Part shown: in pieces, positions 28,685 to 36,672 of the stretch
How positions within the stretch are numbered: position 1 is the first letter of the stretch
Layout of the letters: each line of letters starts with the position of its first letter
Assembly: GCA_030765625.1 (NCBI GenBank)
Contig: JAVCCF010000037.1
Span: forward strand, 1,716 to 65,715
From: Candidatus Tenebribacter burtonii
GTDB lineage: Bacteria; Cloacimonadota; Cloacimonadia; Cloacimonadales; TCS61
Direction: 5' to 3'
DNA length: 64,000 nucleotides
Made by a program: the position numbers and the translations under genes
Notes under the pieces: generated by a model
Database searches by the model: none
Seen by the model: the letters and a program-made list of their open reading frames with translations, nothing else
What the model was told of the DNA's origin: nothing

Positions 28685-31471
28685 ATGAAAAAATATATTT
28701 TACTCGCAATTACCTTATTAATAATTTGCAGTTTATCAGCTAATACTGTATCCGGTTATGTATACTTAAATGGAGGTTCCGGTGTTATTACCAGTGTACA
28801 AGTTAAATTCAATCCACAAAGTAATGGAACAAATAATGTATATCTAAACCCGGATGAAACTGGATTCTATTCATATGAATTCAGTTCTGATGAATTTGAT
28901 ACTTATGATGTTACATTCAAATTGTATAGTAGTAATGGGGATTATTATCTGGTTCCCATTAATAATGTCCTGATTGATAACACTACTACACCATTAACTT
29001 TGGATGATGTTACGTTACAACCAATTACTAATTCAACCAATGTGGTTGTTTCCAACAATGAAAGTATACCAGCTTTCCGATATATTCAGGATGCAGTAGA
29101 TTATTTGTCTATTCGTAATAGTGGTACAGTTACAGTTCTTCCAGGAACCTATACTGGTAATAGGAATAAGAATATTAATTGGTCACCAACGGGTGCAAAT
29201 TTCAACGAGAGACATATTAAAGTAATAGGAGTAGGTGAATGTATAATTGATTGCGAAGGAAGTGGGTATGCGTTTTGGTTTGAAGCTCCGTGGTGGTCAA
29301 ATTATCAATATACTATTGATGACGTGGCAGAAAATCTCATTATCAAAAAAGCCTATAGGGGGATTGTTATTACAAATGGTTCTCCGTTAATCAGAAACAA
29401 TATAGTTGAGAATTGCTCAATTCCAGGTTTTCATGAACTACATGGTGCAGGTATATATTGTGGGAGTTCTGCAATTATCGTAGGTAATACAATAAGAAAC
29501 AATGTTGCGAATTGGACAGATTGGGAAGATTCTAAGTCACTTGGGGGTGGGATTTATATTGAAAATAGTGATTTTAATAATGCTGCGAAAATTATAAATA
29601 ATATAATATCCGGTAATAGTGCATATAATGGAGGTGGAATTTATTGTACAGGTAGTGGTAGGATTGATCTATCTGGAAATACGATTACAGAAAACACTCT
29701 CGTAGAGGGTTCAGGTAATTTTCCTTACCCTGATGATCATGGGACTGGAATATATTGTCAGTTTGTTGATGATATAACAATTAAGGATAACCTTATATAT
29801 GGTAACATCCCGTACCCAGGTAGTTATGGAATTTCGCTTTTTATCGATTGTACTGATGCATTAATTTATAATAATACTATAATTGATAATATTGCTCATT
29901 ATGGAATTAAAATAAAAGCTTCTTCTTCTGCGATTATCGAGAATAATGTAATTTCAAACAATAGATATGGAATTCATAGATTTAATGGAGGAATACCCTT
30001 AACTGCTACTTATTGCTGTATAAGTAATAATACATCTGGCAACTATATCGGTGTAACTTCAGGAACAGGTTGTTTAGCAGAAAATGTTGATCCAAATCTT
30101 GATCAACAAACTTACCAGCCCCTCTGGATTTCAGATGCAAAATCTCCTTGTATTAATGTAGGTGATCCGGCCTTACCACTCGATCCAGATGGTACACCTT
30201 CTGATATTGGGGCAATACGAGCAATTAATCATACAATTGATACGGTTGAATTATTTGATGCTAACGAAGGTATCAACTGGAAATGTTTCCCTGTTCTGGA
30301 TGATATATATGCAGAAGAAGATATTGCCGCTAATGTACTCTATGACATAATGTCACCGCCTATTCCTGCCGCACTTGAATTAGTCGAAACTCAGGGTGGT
30401 GTTAATGACATTTATTTTGACACTTATTGGCATCATGATGATCAGCAATTTACAAGTGTAAAGGGTTATAAATTAGAAATGAATGAAGCTGCAACGTTAG
30501 AAATTACCGGTTTCTTGGAGTACCCTGAACAAATAATAAACCTGGTAGCAGGTGGAGAGAATTGGACCGGTTATTTCCTGGAAGAGAGCATGAATCCCTT
30601 TGATGCTCTGGCAGAAGTACTTGATAAGATAAATAGGATAACAACAAGAACTTTTACTTATATAAAATTAGCTGATAATAGTTGGCTGGGAATAGGTAAT
30701 ATACCAAGGGTTCCTACTTTAAATTATGGTGATCTGGTAATTGTTAATTGTACAGAAAATGGAAGTTTCTTCTGGGGAGAAGGTGGTGCCGGCACAGTTC
30801 CAATAGAAACACGCTCATCCTCCCAGGATTTTACCTATACGGAAGAAGCAGATTACATTCCTGTATATGTTGAACTCGATCTTGAAGCTCTGGATAATCC
30901 AACAGAAATAGGTATCTTTGTTGAAAATGAATGTAAAGGTGCAGAAGTAATTGAAGACACACTGGTTCAAATCCGTGCTTATGTTTTTAACGATTCTCTA
31001 ATATTGGATCCTGGTTCAGTAGAATTCCAACTTTCTTATGGTTCAAGAGCAGAGAATGTACTTATAGATTCATACACTATTAAAGAAAATCTTGATGATG
31101 CAGGTAGAATGGGAAAACTTGATTTCACACAAACACAAAATAGTTATTATTTGATTTCTCTAAATGAAGACGATAATAATGTACCTGAAGTAGCCAAGAC
31201 ATCTCTAAATCAGAATTATCCCAATCCGTTCAATCCATCCACTACTATTGCATATTCAATTCTAAATGATGGTATGATTGAACTCAAAGTTTACAACATC
31301 AAAGGACAATTAGTGAAAACTCTGGTAATGGGTGAACAACAAACAGGATCATATGAAGTTGTTTGGAACGGCAAAGACAATAACGAAAAGAATATTTCAT
31401 CAGGAGTATACTTCTACAAATTATCAACGAAAGATAAGACAATAATGAAGAAAATGTTGATTTTGAAATAA
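28685..31471 (+). CDS. large secreted right-handed beta-helix repeat protein with T9SS C-terminal sorting domain
   Basis: ATG 28685 follows GGAGA. Signal peptide. Many PbH1-like turns (GGGIYIENS, NGGGIYCTG, GTGIYCQ). Helix cap SPCINVGDP...DIGAI. Extra ~330-aa domain. CTD NYPNPFNPSTT...VYNIKGQLVKTL...SSGVYFYKL...KKMLILK. Confidence 0.75.
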   Translation: MKKYILLAITLLIICSLSANTVSGYVYLNGGSGVITSVQVKFNPQSNGTNNVYLNPDETGFYSYEFSSDEFDTYDVTFKLYSSNGDYYLVPINNVLIDNTTTPLTLDDVTLQPITNSTNVVVSNNESIPAFRYIQDAVDYLSIRNSGTVTVLPGTYTGNRNKNINWSPTGANFNERHIKVIGVGECIIDCEGSGYAFWFEAPWWSNYQYTIDDVAENLIIKKAYRGIVITNGSPLIRNNIVENCSIPGFHELHGAGIYCGSSAIIVGNTIRNNVANWTDWEDSKSLGGGIYIENSDFNNAAKIINNIISGNSAYNGGGIYCTGSGRIDLSGNTITENTLVEGSGNFPYPDDHGTGIYCQFVDDITIKDNLIYGNIPYPGSYGISLFIDCTDALIYNNTIIDNIAHYGIKIKASSSAIIENNVISNNRYGIHRFNGGIPLTATYCCISNNTSGNYIGVTSGTGCLAENVDPNLDQQTYQPLWISDAKSPCINVGDPALPLDPDGTPSDIGAIRAINHTIDTVELFDANEGINWKCFPVLDDIYAEEDIAANVLYDIMSPPIPAALELVETQGGVNDIYFDTYWHHDDQQFTSVKGYKLEMNEAATLEITGFLEYPEQIINLVAGGENWTGYFLEESMNPFDALAEVLDKINRITTRTFTYIKLADNSWLGIGNIPRVPTLNYGDLVIVNCTENGSFFWGEGGAGTVPIETRSSSQDFTYTEEADYIPVYVELDLEALDNPTEIGIFVENECKGAEVIEDTLVQIRAYVFNDSLILDPGSVEFQLSYGSRAENVLIDSYTIKENLDDAGRMGKLDFTQTQNSYYLISLNEDDNNVPEVAKTSLNQNYPNPFNPSTTIAYSILNDGMIELKVYNIKGQLVKTLVMGEQQTGSYEVVWNGKDNNEKNISSGVYFYKLSTKDKTIMKKMLILK

Positions 31472-31482
31472 CTCACCATGCT

Positions 31483-32134
31483 GTTCCTCTCTTTCCCGTA
31501 CTTAAAGAGAGGGAACATAAGATGCCATTGTGTATTTATGTTTGCGAAAGTAATCCTTCCGAAGGTTATGTAACTTTTAAAATAAGTCTTTGCCTTCGGA
31601 AGGTTATTGCTCATTATATTTCACTTGTATGCAAGTTGAACTTGCATACGCAGCCCAAGTTGATAAGTCCAACTTATCAACAAGAAGAAAGAATTCCAGT
31701 CAAGCTGAGGACGGTGTCCGGCAACTGACGGATGACAAAAAAGGAAAAATAAGTTTTCAAAGGCTTATAAAATGTAATCATCCTAAAAGCCCCTCTCTTT
31801 ATGCGTTGGCTTCGCGGACAGCGAAACACCGCTTGTCTTAACAAGGTTACTATGAAGAGAGGGGTTGGGGTGAGTTCGAGGAAATGTAATCCCCCTTTAG
31901 AAGGGGGAAAGTTCGGCTTAACCGAACAGGGGTTTCTTGAAAATAATACAATTAAAGATGTCGTTTTGCTTCAGTTCCTTCGTCGAATGTCGAAGAAGAT
32001 TTTCTCAGGAAGACGAAGCAAAAAAGGAGATTTATTTGAAAACTAAAACTATTTTTTCACTTGTTTTTAGCTTATTAGTTCTCGCCCCAAACTTCGTATC
32101 GGGGCAAGTCCTAATTTCCCCCTGTCAAGGGGGA
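31483..32134. repeat. intergenic array of at least ten distinct GC-rich stem-loops
   Basis: Examples with perfect stems: 31627-31649 GTATGCAAGT-TGA-ACTTGCATAC; 31659-31681 GTTGATAAGT-CCA-ACTTATCAAC; 31790-31799/31855-31864 CCCCTCTCTT/AAGAGAGGGG (long range); 31890-31908 TCCCCCTT-TAG-AAGGGGGA; 31911-31927; 32117-32134 TCCCCCT-GTCA-AGGGGGA. Also the near-identical 15-mers CCTTC[C/G]GAAGGTTAT at 31555 and 31593. Confidence 0.65.
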
Positions 32135-32147
32135 CAGATGGGGTTAA

Positions 32148-34454
32148 ATGAATTATAAATATATTTTTTTGTTCGTGCTAATTTGTGTAAATTCGCTGCT
32201 AAACTCCGTTACCTGGCACATCAAACAAGACGGCACAGGTAACTTCACCACTATACAGGCAGGGATAGATGCATCTGCTGATTTCGATTCCGTACTCGTT
32301 TATCCCGGAACGTATTATGAAAACCTGAATATAGATGCTAAGAATATTACTTTATCCAGCTTGGAGATGATCACCGGTGATCCACAATATATTGCTTCTA
32401 CGATTATAGATGGTCAACGTCAAAATAGTTGTATCATTTTGGAATATATAGATATTGATGTAACGATTCGTGGTTTTACCATCCAAAATGGTTATGGTAC
32501 ATTTTTACATGCATTTGAAGGTGCTGGAATCTATGCTATATACATAGAGAACGGAACAATAATGAATTGTAATTTCCAAAGTAATATTGCAACAAGAGGT
32601 GGAGCAATTTACACATGTAGAGTAGATCTCACTTTTTCCGGTCTTAGGATTACAGAAAATTCTGCGGGATTAGGTGGTGGTGCATTTTGGGATTACGACA
32701 GTACAATCATTTTTGATCCTGAAAATCGGTGTAATATTTATAATAATAATGCCGGCAAGGGCGCAGATTTATGTGCACAATATGAGGTAAATGTCAATGT
32801 TGTTGTCGATACTTTCACTGTATTCAATCCGGATAGATTTTTTGCAGAGTATAGAATGGATGCTTCTTATACATTCGATATACAAAATAACTGGATGGAG
32901 CTAGTGTCACAGGATCTTTATGTAGCAGTGGATGGAGATGATAATAATTCAGGCTTAACTCCTGGTGAGCCATTAAAAAATATATCATGGGCTGTTCGCA
33001 AAATTCAAGCAAATGAACAAGATCCCCATACTATTAACGTCTCAGCTGGTACATACTCACATGAGATAAATCAACAAATATTTCCCATTGGTTGTAAAGA
33101 ATATGTTTCTATAATTGGTGAAGATATGGAAACAACTATTTTAAATAATAACTATATGAACATTACAATTTTGGGGCTTAATTTAGCCGGTTTTACTGAA
33201 ATATCAAACTTTACTATTCAAAATGATTTTGATTTTGAAGCATGGTGTATAATGAATTTTCGAAGTATTGAATATTTAAAAGTTAACAATATAACCACAG
33301 ATGGAAATTCAAATATTAGGAGTATAATAGTAAGTGAGCATGTAGACAATCTTTTTGATAATATTATTGTAACGAATAATACTGCAAAAATCGTGGCAGG
33401 TTTTGCTTTGTTTGATAATACTGGTATTTTAAGGAATTGTATTATTAGTAATAATTCTTTAGTTTATAATCCTATATATCCAGGATCAACAGGTTTACAT
33501 TTAAATGCTTATGATCATTTTATTGTTGAAAATACTATTATTTCAAATTGTATTTCTTATGATAATGCTTCCTGTGTAAGTCGTTTAGCAACAGAATATG
33601 GTCAAAACGATAGTATAACTGTGAATAATTGTCTTATTTCAGGAAATAGTAGTAATGATGAATTTGTTATTGTTGTAGGTGGAGATGGTAATATAGAAAT
33701 TAACAACAGTACTATAGTCGATAATTACAATAATGCTAACACTATAAAAGCATTTGGTAATTTGACATTAAGAAATACAATTATGCATAATAATACAGAT
33801 TATGAAATTTATATGGAAGATAATACACAATATGGTTATATTTATGAACTTAATTTAGATCACTGCAATATCAAGAACGGTACAGATGGTGTTTACAACA
33901 TGAATAATGCCAACATCATTAACTGGCTGGAAGGCAATATAGAAGATGACCCGCAATTTGCAGGAGTTGGAGAATATCCATATCAATTAACTTCAGCTTC
34001 TCCTTGTATAGATGCAGGTACACCGGATACAATCGGCTTATTCTTGCCACCCTGGGATCTATTACATAATCAAAGAGTATGGGACGGTGATGATAACGGA
34101 ATTGCTATCATTGATATGGGTTGCTATGAATTTGGAGCAGATTCTGTTGGAGTATTCAATGATCCAATTCCAGTAACAGATTATCAATTAACTAACTATC
34201 CAAATCCTTTTAATCCGGAAACAAAGATAGTTTTCGATCTACCGGAATCCGGTCAGGTTAAACTGGAGATCTACAACATTAAAGGGCAGAGAGTAAAAAC
34301 ATTGTTAGATTGTTATATGAGTCCCGGCAGAAGCGAAATGGTTTGGAACAGTAAAGATGATAATGGTAAAAGAGTTTCTTCAGGAGTTTATTTCTATAGA
34401 TTAAATGTAAACGATAAAACTGAAAAGACAAAAAAAATGCTGTTGCTTCGCTAA
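32148..34454 (+). CDS. large secreted beta-helix protein (GGAI/GGGAF Pmp-like repeats) with T9SS C-terminal sorting domain
   Basis: Signal peptide MNYKYIFLFVLICVNSLLNS. Repeats RGGAIYTC and GLGGGAFW. Cap SPCIDAGTP...DMGCYEF. CTD NYPNPFNPETK...IYNIKGQRVKTL...SSGVYFYRL...KKMLLLR. Confidence 0.75.
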   Translation: MNYKYIFLFVLICVNSLLNSVTWHIKQDGTGNFTTIQAGIDASADFDSVLVYPGTYYENLNIDAKNITLSSLEMITGDPQYIASTIIDGQRQNSCIILEYIDIDVTIRGFTIQNGYGTFLHAFEGAGIYAIYIENGTIMNCNFQSNIATRGGAIYTCRVDLTFSGLRITENSAGLGGGAFWDYDSTIIFDPENRCNIYNNNAGKGADLCAQYEVNVNVVVDTFTVFNPDRFFAEYRMDASYTFDIQNNWMELVSQDLYVAVDGDDNNSGLTPGEPLKNISWAVRKIQANEQDPHTINVSAGTYSHEINQQIFPIGCKEYVSIIGEDMETTILNNNYMNITILGLNLAGFTEISNFTIQNDFDFEAWCIMNFRSIEYLKVNNITTDGNSNIRSIIVSEHVDNLFDNIIVTNNTAKIVAGFALFDNTGILRNCIISNNSLVYNPIYPGSTGLHLNAYDHFIVENTIISNCISYDNASCVSRLATEYGQNDSITVNNCLISGNSSNDEFVIVVGGDGNIEINNSTIVDNYNNANTIKAFGNLTLRNTIMHNNTDYEIYMEDNTQYGYIYELNLDHCNIKNGTDGVYNMNNANIINWLEGNIEDDPQFAGVGEYPYQLTSASPCIDAGTPDTIGLFLPPWDLLHNQRVWDGDDNGIAIIDMGCYEFGADSVGVFNDPIPVTDYQLTNYPNPFNPETKIVFDLPESGQVKLEIYNIKGQRVKTLLDCYMSPGRSEMVWNSKDDNGKRVSSGVYFYRLNVNDKTEKTKKMLLLR

Positions 34455-34527
34455 CAACTTCGCAAAGCTATGTAGTTCAAGAAAGCTATAAAGTACACCT
34501 GTTGTTAAATTAGCCTTGCGTCTGTAA

Positions 34528-34752
34528 ATCCTTCGATACTTGGCTGAAGCCAAACTCAGGATGACTGATGTAGGGTCAATTCCCCGAATTGATCGATAAG
34601 TAATGTTAGCTTGTTTGAAAATCTACGGGTCAATTCTCCGAATTGACCGGACTAACGGACGATTAGGGATAATCGTCCCTACAGTACACTCTTGTTGATA
34701 AGTTAAACTTATCAACTTAGATTGTGTCCGCTATCCGGCAACTGCCGGATGC
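34528..34752. repeat. second intergenic stem-loop array sharing modules with 31483-32134
   Basis: 34528-34565 is a minus-strand GTCATCCTGAG element (ATCCT/AGGAT stem with inner TTGGC/GCCAA). 23-mers GGGTCAATTC[C/T]CCGAATTGA[T/C]CG at 34573 and 34627 match at 21 of 23. 34657-34678 GGACGATTA-GGGA-TAATCGTCC. 34694-34716 GTTGATAAGT-TAA-ACTTATCAAC has the same stem as 31659. 34724-34752 is homologous to 31713-31736. Confidence 0.65.
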
Positions 34753-34797
34753 GAACGAGAAAAAAAGTGCATGCTATTAATTTTTACTTTATTATTT

Positions 34798-34824
34798 ATC
34801 CTGTCTATCCTGTTGATCCTGTCA
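34798..34824. repeat. 3 x 9-bp tandem repeat
   Basis: ATCCTGTCT ATCCTGTTG ATCCTGTCA. Lies 87 nt upstream of the apbE start. Confidence 0.7.
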
Positions 34825-34910
34825 AAAAGAAAACTTGTATACTTAAAGTATAATTAACTTAAAACCATAAGAATTGACAAATTAACTGCCCGAAATTTTG
34901 TGACAAATAT

Positions 34911-35900
34911 ATGAAAAGAAAAGATATAATTAATATAATTTTGTTTATAATGGTTTTTGCTTTTGCAGCATACCGGTATTTATCACGAACATATTCATCG
35001 CAAAGATCGGCTTTCGTAATGAATACATTAGTTGATATAAAAATTGAAACAAAACATAAAGAGACAAATGATATCTTGGATAATGCACTCAAATTAATAG
35101 AAGATTATGAAAATAAATTCTCATTCTATAAAAATGGAAGCCAAATTTGGAACTTTAATAATTCTGTGATAGACAGTTTATACATAGATGAAGATCTTGC
35201 TAAAATTCTATCCATTTCAAAAGAGCTCTTTCAAAAGACACATTCTCATTATGATATCACAATTGGTGCTTTATCAGAGATATGGGATTTTGATGATGAG
35301 GTCATTCCCACAAATGAAGAAATCGAAAAAGCAATTCAAGTTACAGATTTTAAAAAATTGAAGATCCAAAACAATTATTTGTATAAACCGGATGGGATAA
35401 AGATCAATTTGGGAAGCCTGGCAAAAGGCTTAATTATTGATAAAGTAGTTGAGTATCTAAATCAGCAGAATGTGATTTCAGGTTTTGTTAATGCCGGAGG
35501 AGATATGCGTATTTTCGGCACAGAAAAACCTTTTAAAATTGGAATCCAGCATCCCAGAAGCAAATCAAATGAGATAATAGATGTTATTAATGTGGGGAAC
35601 AGGTCTGTTGTTACATCAGGTGATTATGAAAGATACTTTATGAAAGATGGTAAACGTTATCATCATATTATTGATCCGCTTACAGGTTATCCTTCAAGAA
35701 ATGCTATTTCTGTTACAGTTATCTCTGAAACAGCTTTAATTGCAGATGCATATTCAACTGCTCTTTTTTTGTTAGAACCAGAACAAGCAATAGAATTTGC
35801 TGAAGAAACTTACGATCTTGAAGCTGTAATATATGTTATTATAGATAATGAGATAGAAAAACTTGAAACTCTTGGAATGAAGGAATATTATGAAAGATAA
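34911..35900 (+). CDS. apbE: FAD:protein FMN transferase (ApbE family)
   Basis: N-terminal membrane anchor. Motifs DITIGAL, GSLAKG, NAGGD, SGDYER, HHIIDPLTGYP. Confidence 0.85.
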   Translation: MKRKDIINIILFIMVFAFAAYRYLSRTYSSQRSAFVMNTLVDIKIETKHKETNDILDNALKLIEDYENKFSFYKNGSQIWNFNNSVIDSLYIDEDLAKILSISKELFQKTHSHYDITIGALSEIWDFDDEVIPTNEEIEKAIQVTDFKKLKIQNNYLYKPDGIKINLGSLAKGLIIDKVVEYLNQQNVISGFVNAGGDMRIFGTEKPFKIGIQHPRSKSNEIIDVINVGNRSVVTSGDYERYFMKDGKRYHHIIDPLTGYPSRNAISVTVISETALIADAYSTALFLLEPEQAIEFAEETYDLEAVIYVIIDNEIEKLETLGMKEYYER

Positions 35901-36672
35901 AATTGATATACAAAGTTTGGAAGATAAAAGAAAAATAACAATAAACAAAGTTGGTGTAAAGAATGTAAAATATCCAATAATTGTTGATGACCGTGAGAAT
36001 AAATTGCAAACTACAGTTGCTGATCTTGATATATTTGTAGAATTACCTCACCAACATCGTGGAACGCACATGAGCAGATTTCTTGAGATTCTAAACCATT
36101 TTCACAAAGATAACTTTATTCAAAGATTACCTGAATTTCTTGCTGAGATAAAAAAAGCACTCAATGCTGATTATGCTTATGTGAATATCAGATTCCCATA
36201 TTTTATGAAGAAGACAGCTCCTGTTTCTAAAACAAACTCATTGCTTTCTTATGATTGTTTTTTCCAAGCTTCATTAAATGAAGGGTTCAAAATGCAGCTC
36301 GGAGTTGAGGTACCAATCACTACTCTGTGCCCGTGTTCAAAAGAGATAAGCGAAAAAGGTGCTCATAGCCAGAGATCAATTGTTAATGTAATGATCAGTT
36401 ATAATGAATTCATCTGGTTAGAAGAGATAATTGAACTTGTTGAAAGCTGTGCTAGTTGCGAAATATATTCACTTCTTAAAAGAGTTGATGAAAAATATGT
36501 TACCGAGAAAGCCTATGATAACCCAAGATTTGTTGAAGATATTGTAAGAGAAGTTACATTAAAATTGCAAAAAGAAGAACGAATTGACTGGTTCAAAGTA
36601 CAATCAGAGAATTATGAATCAATCCACAATCACAATGCTTATGCATGTGTAGAAATAGATAAAAGGAAATAA
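35890..36672 (+). CDS. folE2: GTP cyclohydrolase I type 2 (FolE2/MptA family)
   Basis: HQHRGTHMSRF and TTLCPCSKEIS motifs. 260 aa. Overlaps apbE by 11 nt. Confidence 0.8.
   Translation: MKDKIDIQSLEDKRKITINKVGVKNVKYPIIVDDRENKLQTTVADLDIFVELPHQHRGTHMSRFLEILNHFHKDNFIQRLPEFLAEIKKALNADYAYVNIRFPYFMKKTAPVSKTNSLLSYDCFFQASLNEGFKMQLGVEVPITTLCPCSKEISEKGAHSQRSIVNVMISYNEFIWLEEIIELVESCASCEIYSLLKRVDEKYVTEKAYDNPRFVEDIVREVTLKLQKEERIDWFKVQSENYESIHNHNAYACVEIDKRK

Noticed and set aside
31483-32134. Could the stem-loop arrays (also 34528-34752 and 58403-58541) be a CRISPR array?
   Set aside because: There is no constant direct repeat separated by unique spacers. Each unit is a different self-complementary hairpin, units are irregular in length apart from a loose ~30-bp phasing, and no cas genes are present in the window.
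31522-32158. Four overlapping ORFs of 68-83 aa called in the inter-paralog spacer
   Set aside because: They overlap each other in different frames, have no ribosome-binding sites, and their sequences simply read through hairpin arms (for example a repeated PSEGY from the CCTTCSGAAGG boxes). I treat them as non-coding.
35890-35900. apbE-folE2 11-nt overlap as a functional link between flavin transfer and GTP cyclohydrolase IB
   Set aside because: Translational coupling is common in this window (many ATGA overlaps), and I know of no biochemical connection. There is not enough evidence to report it as a finding.
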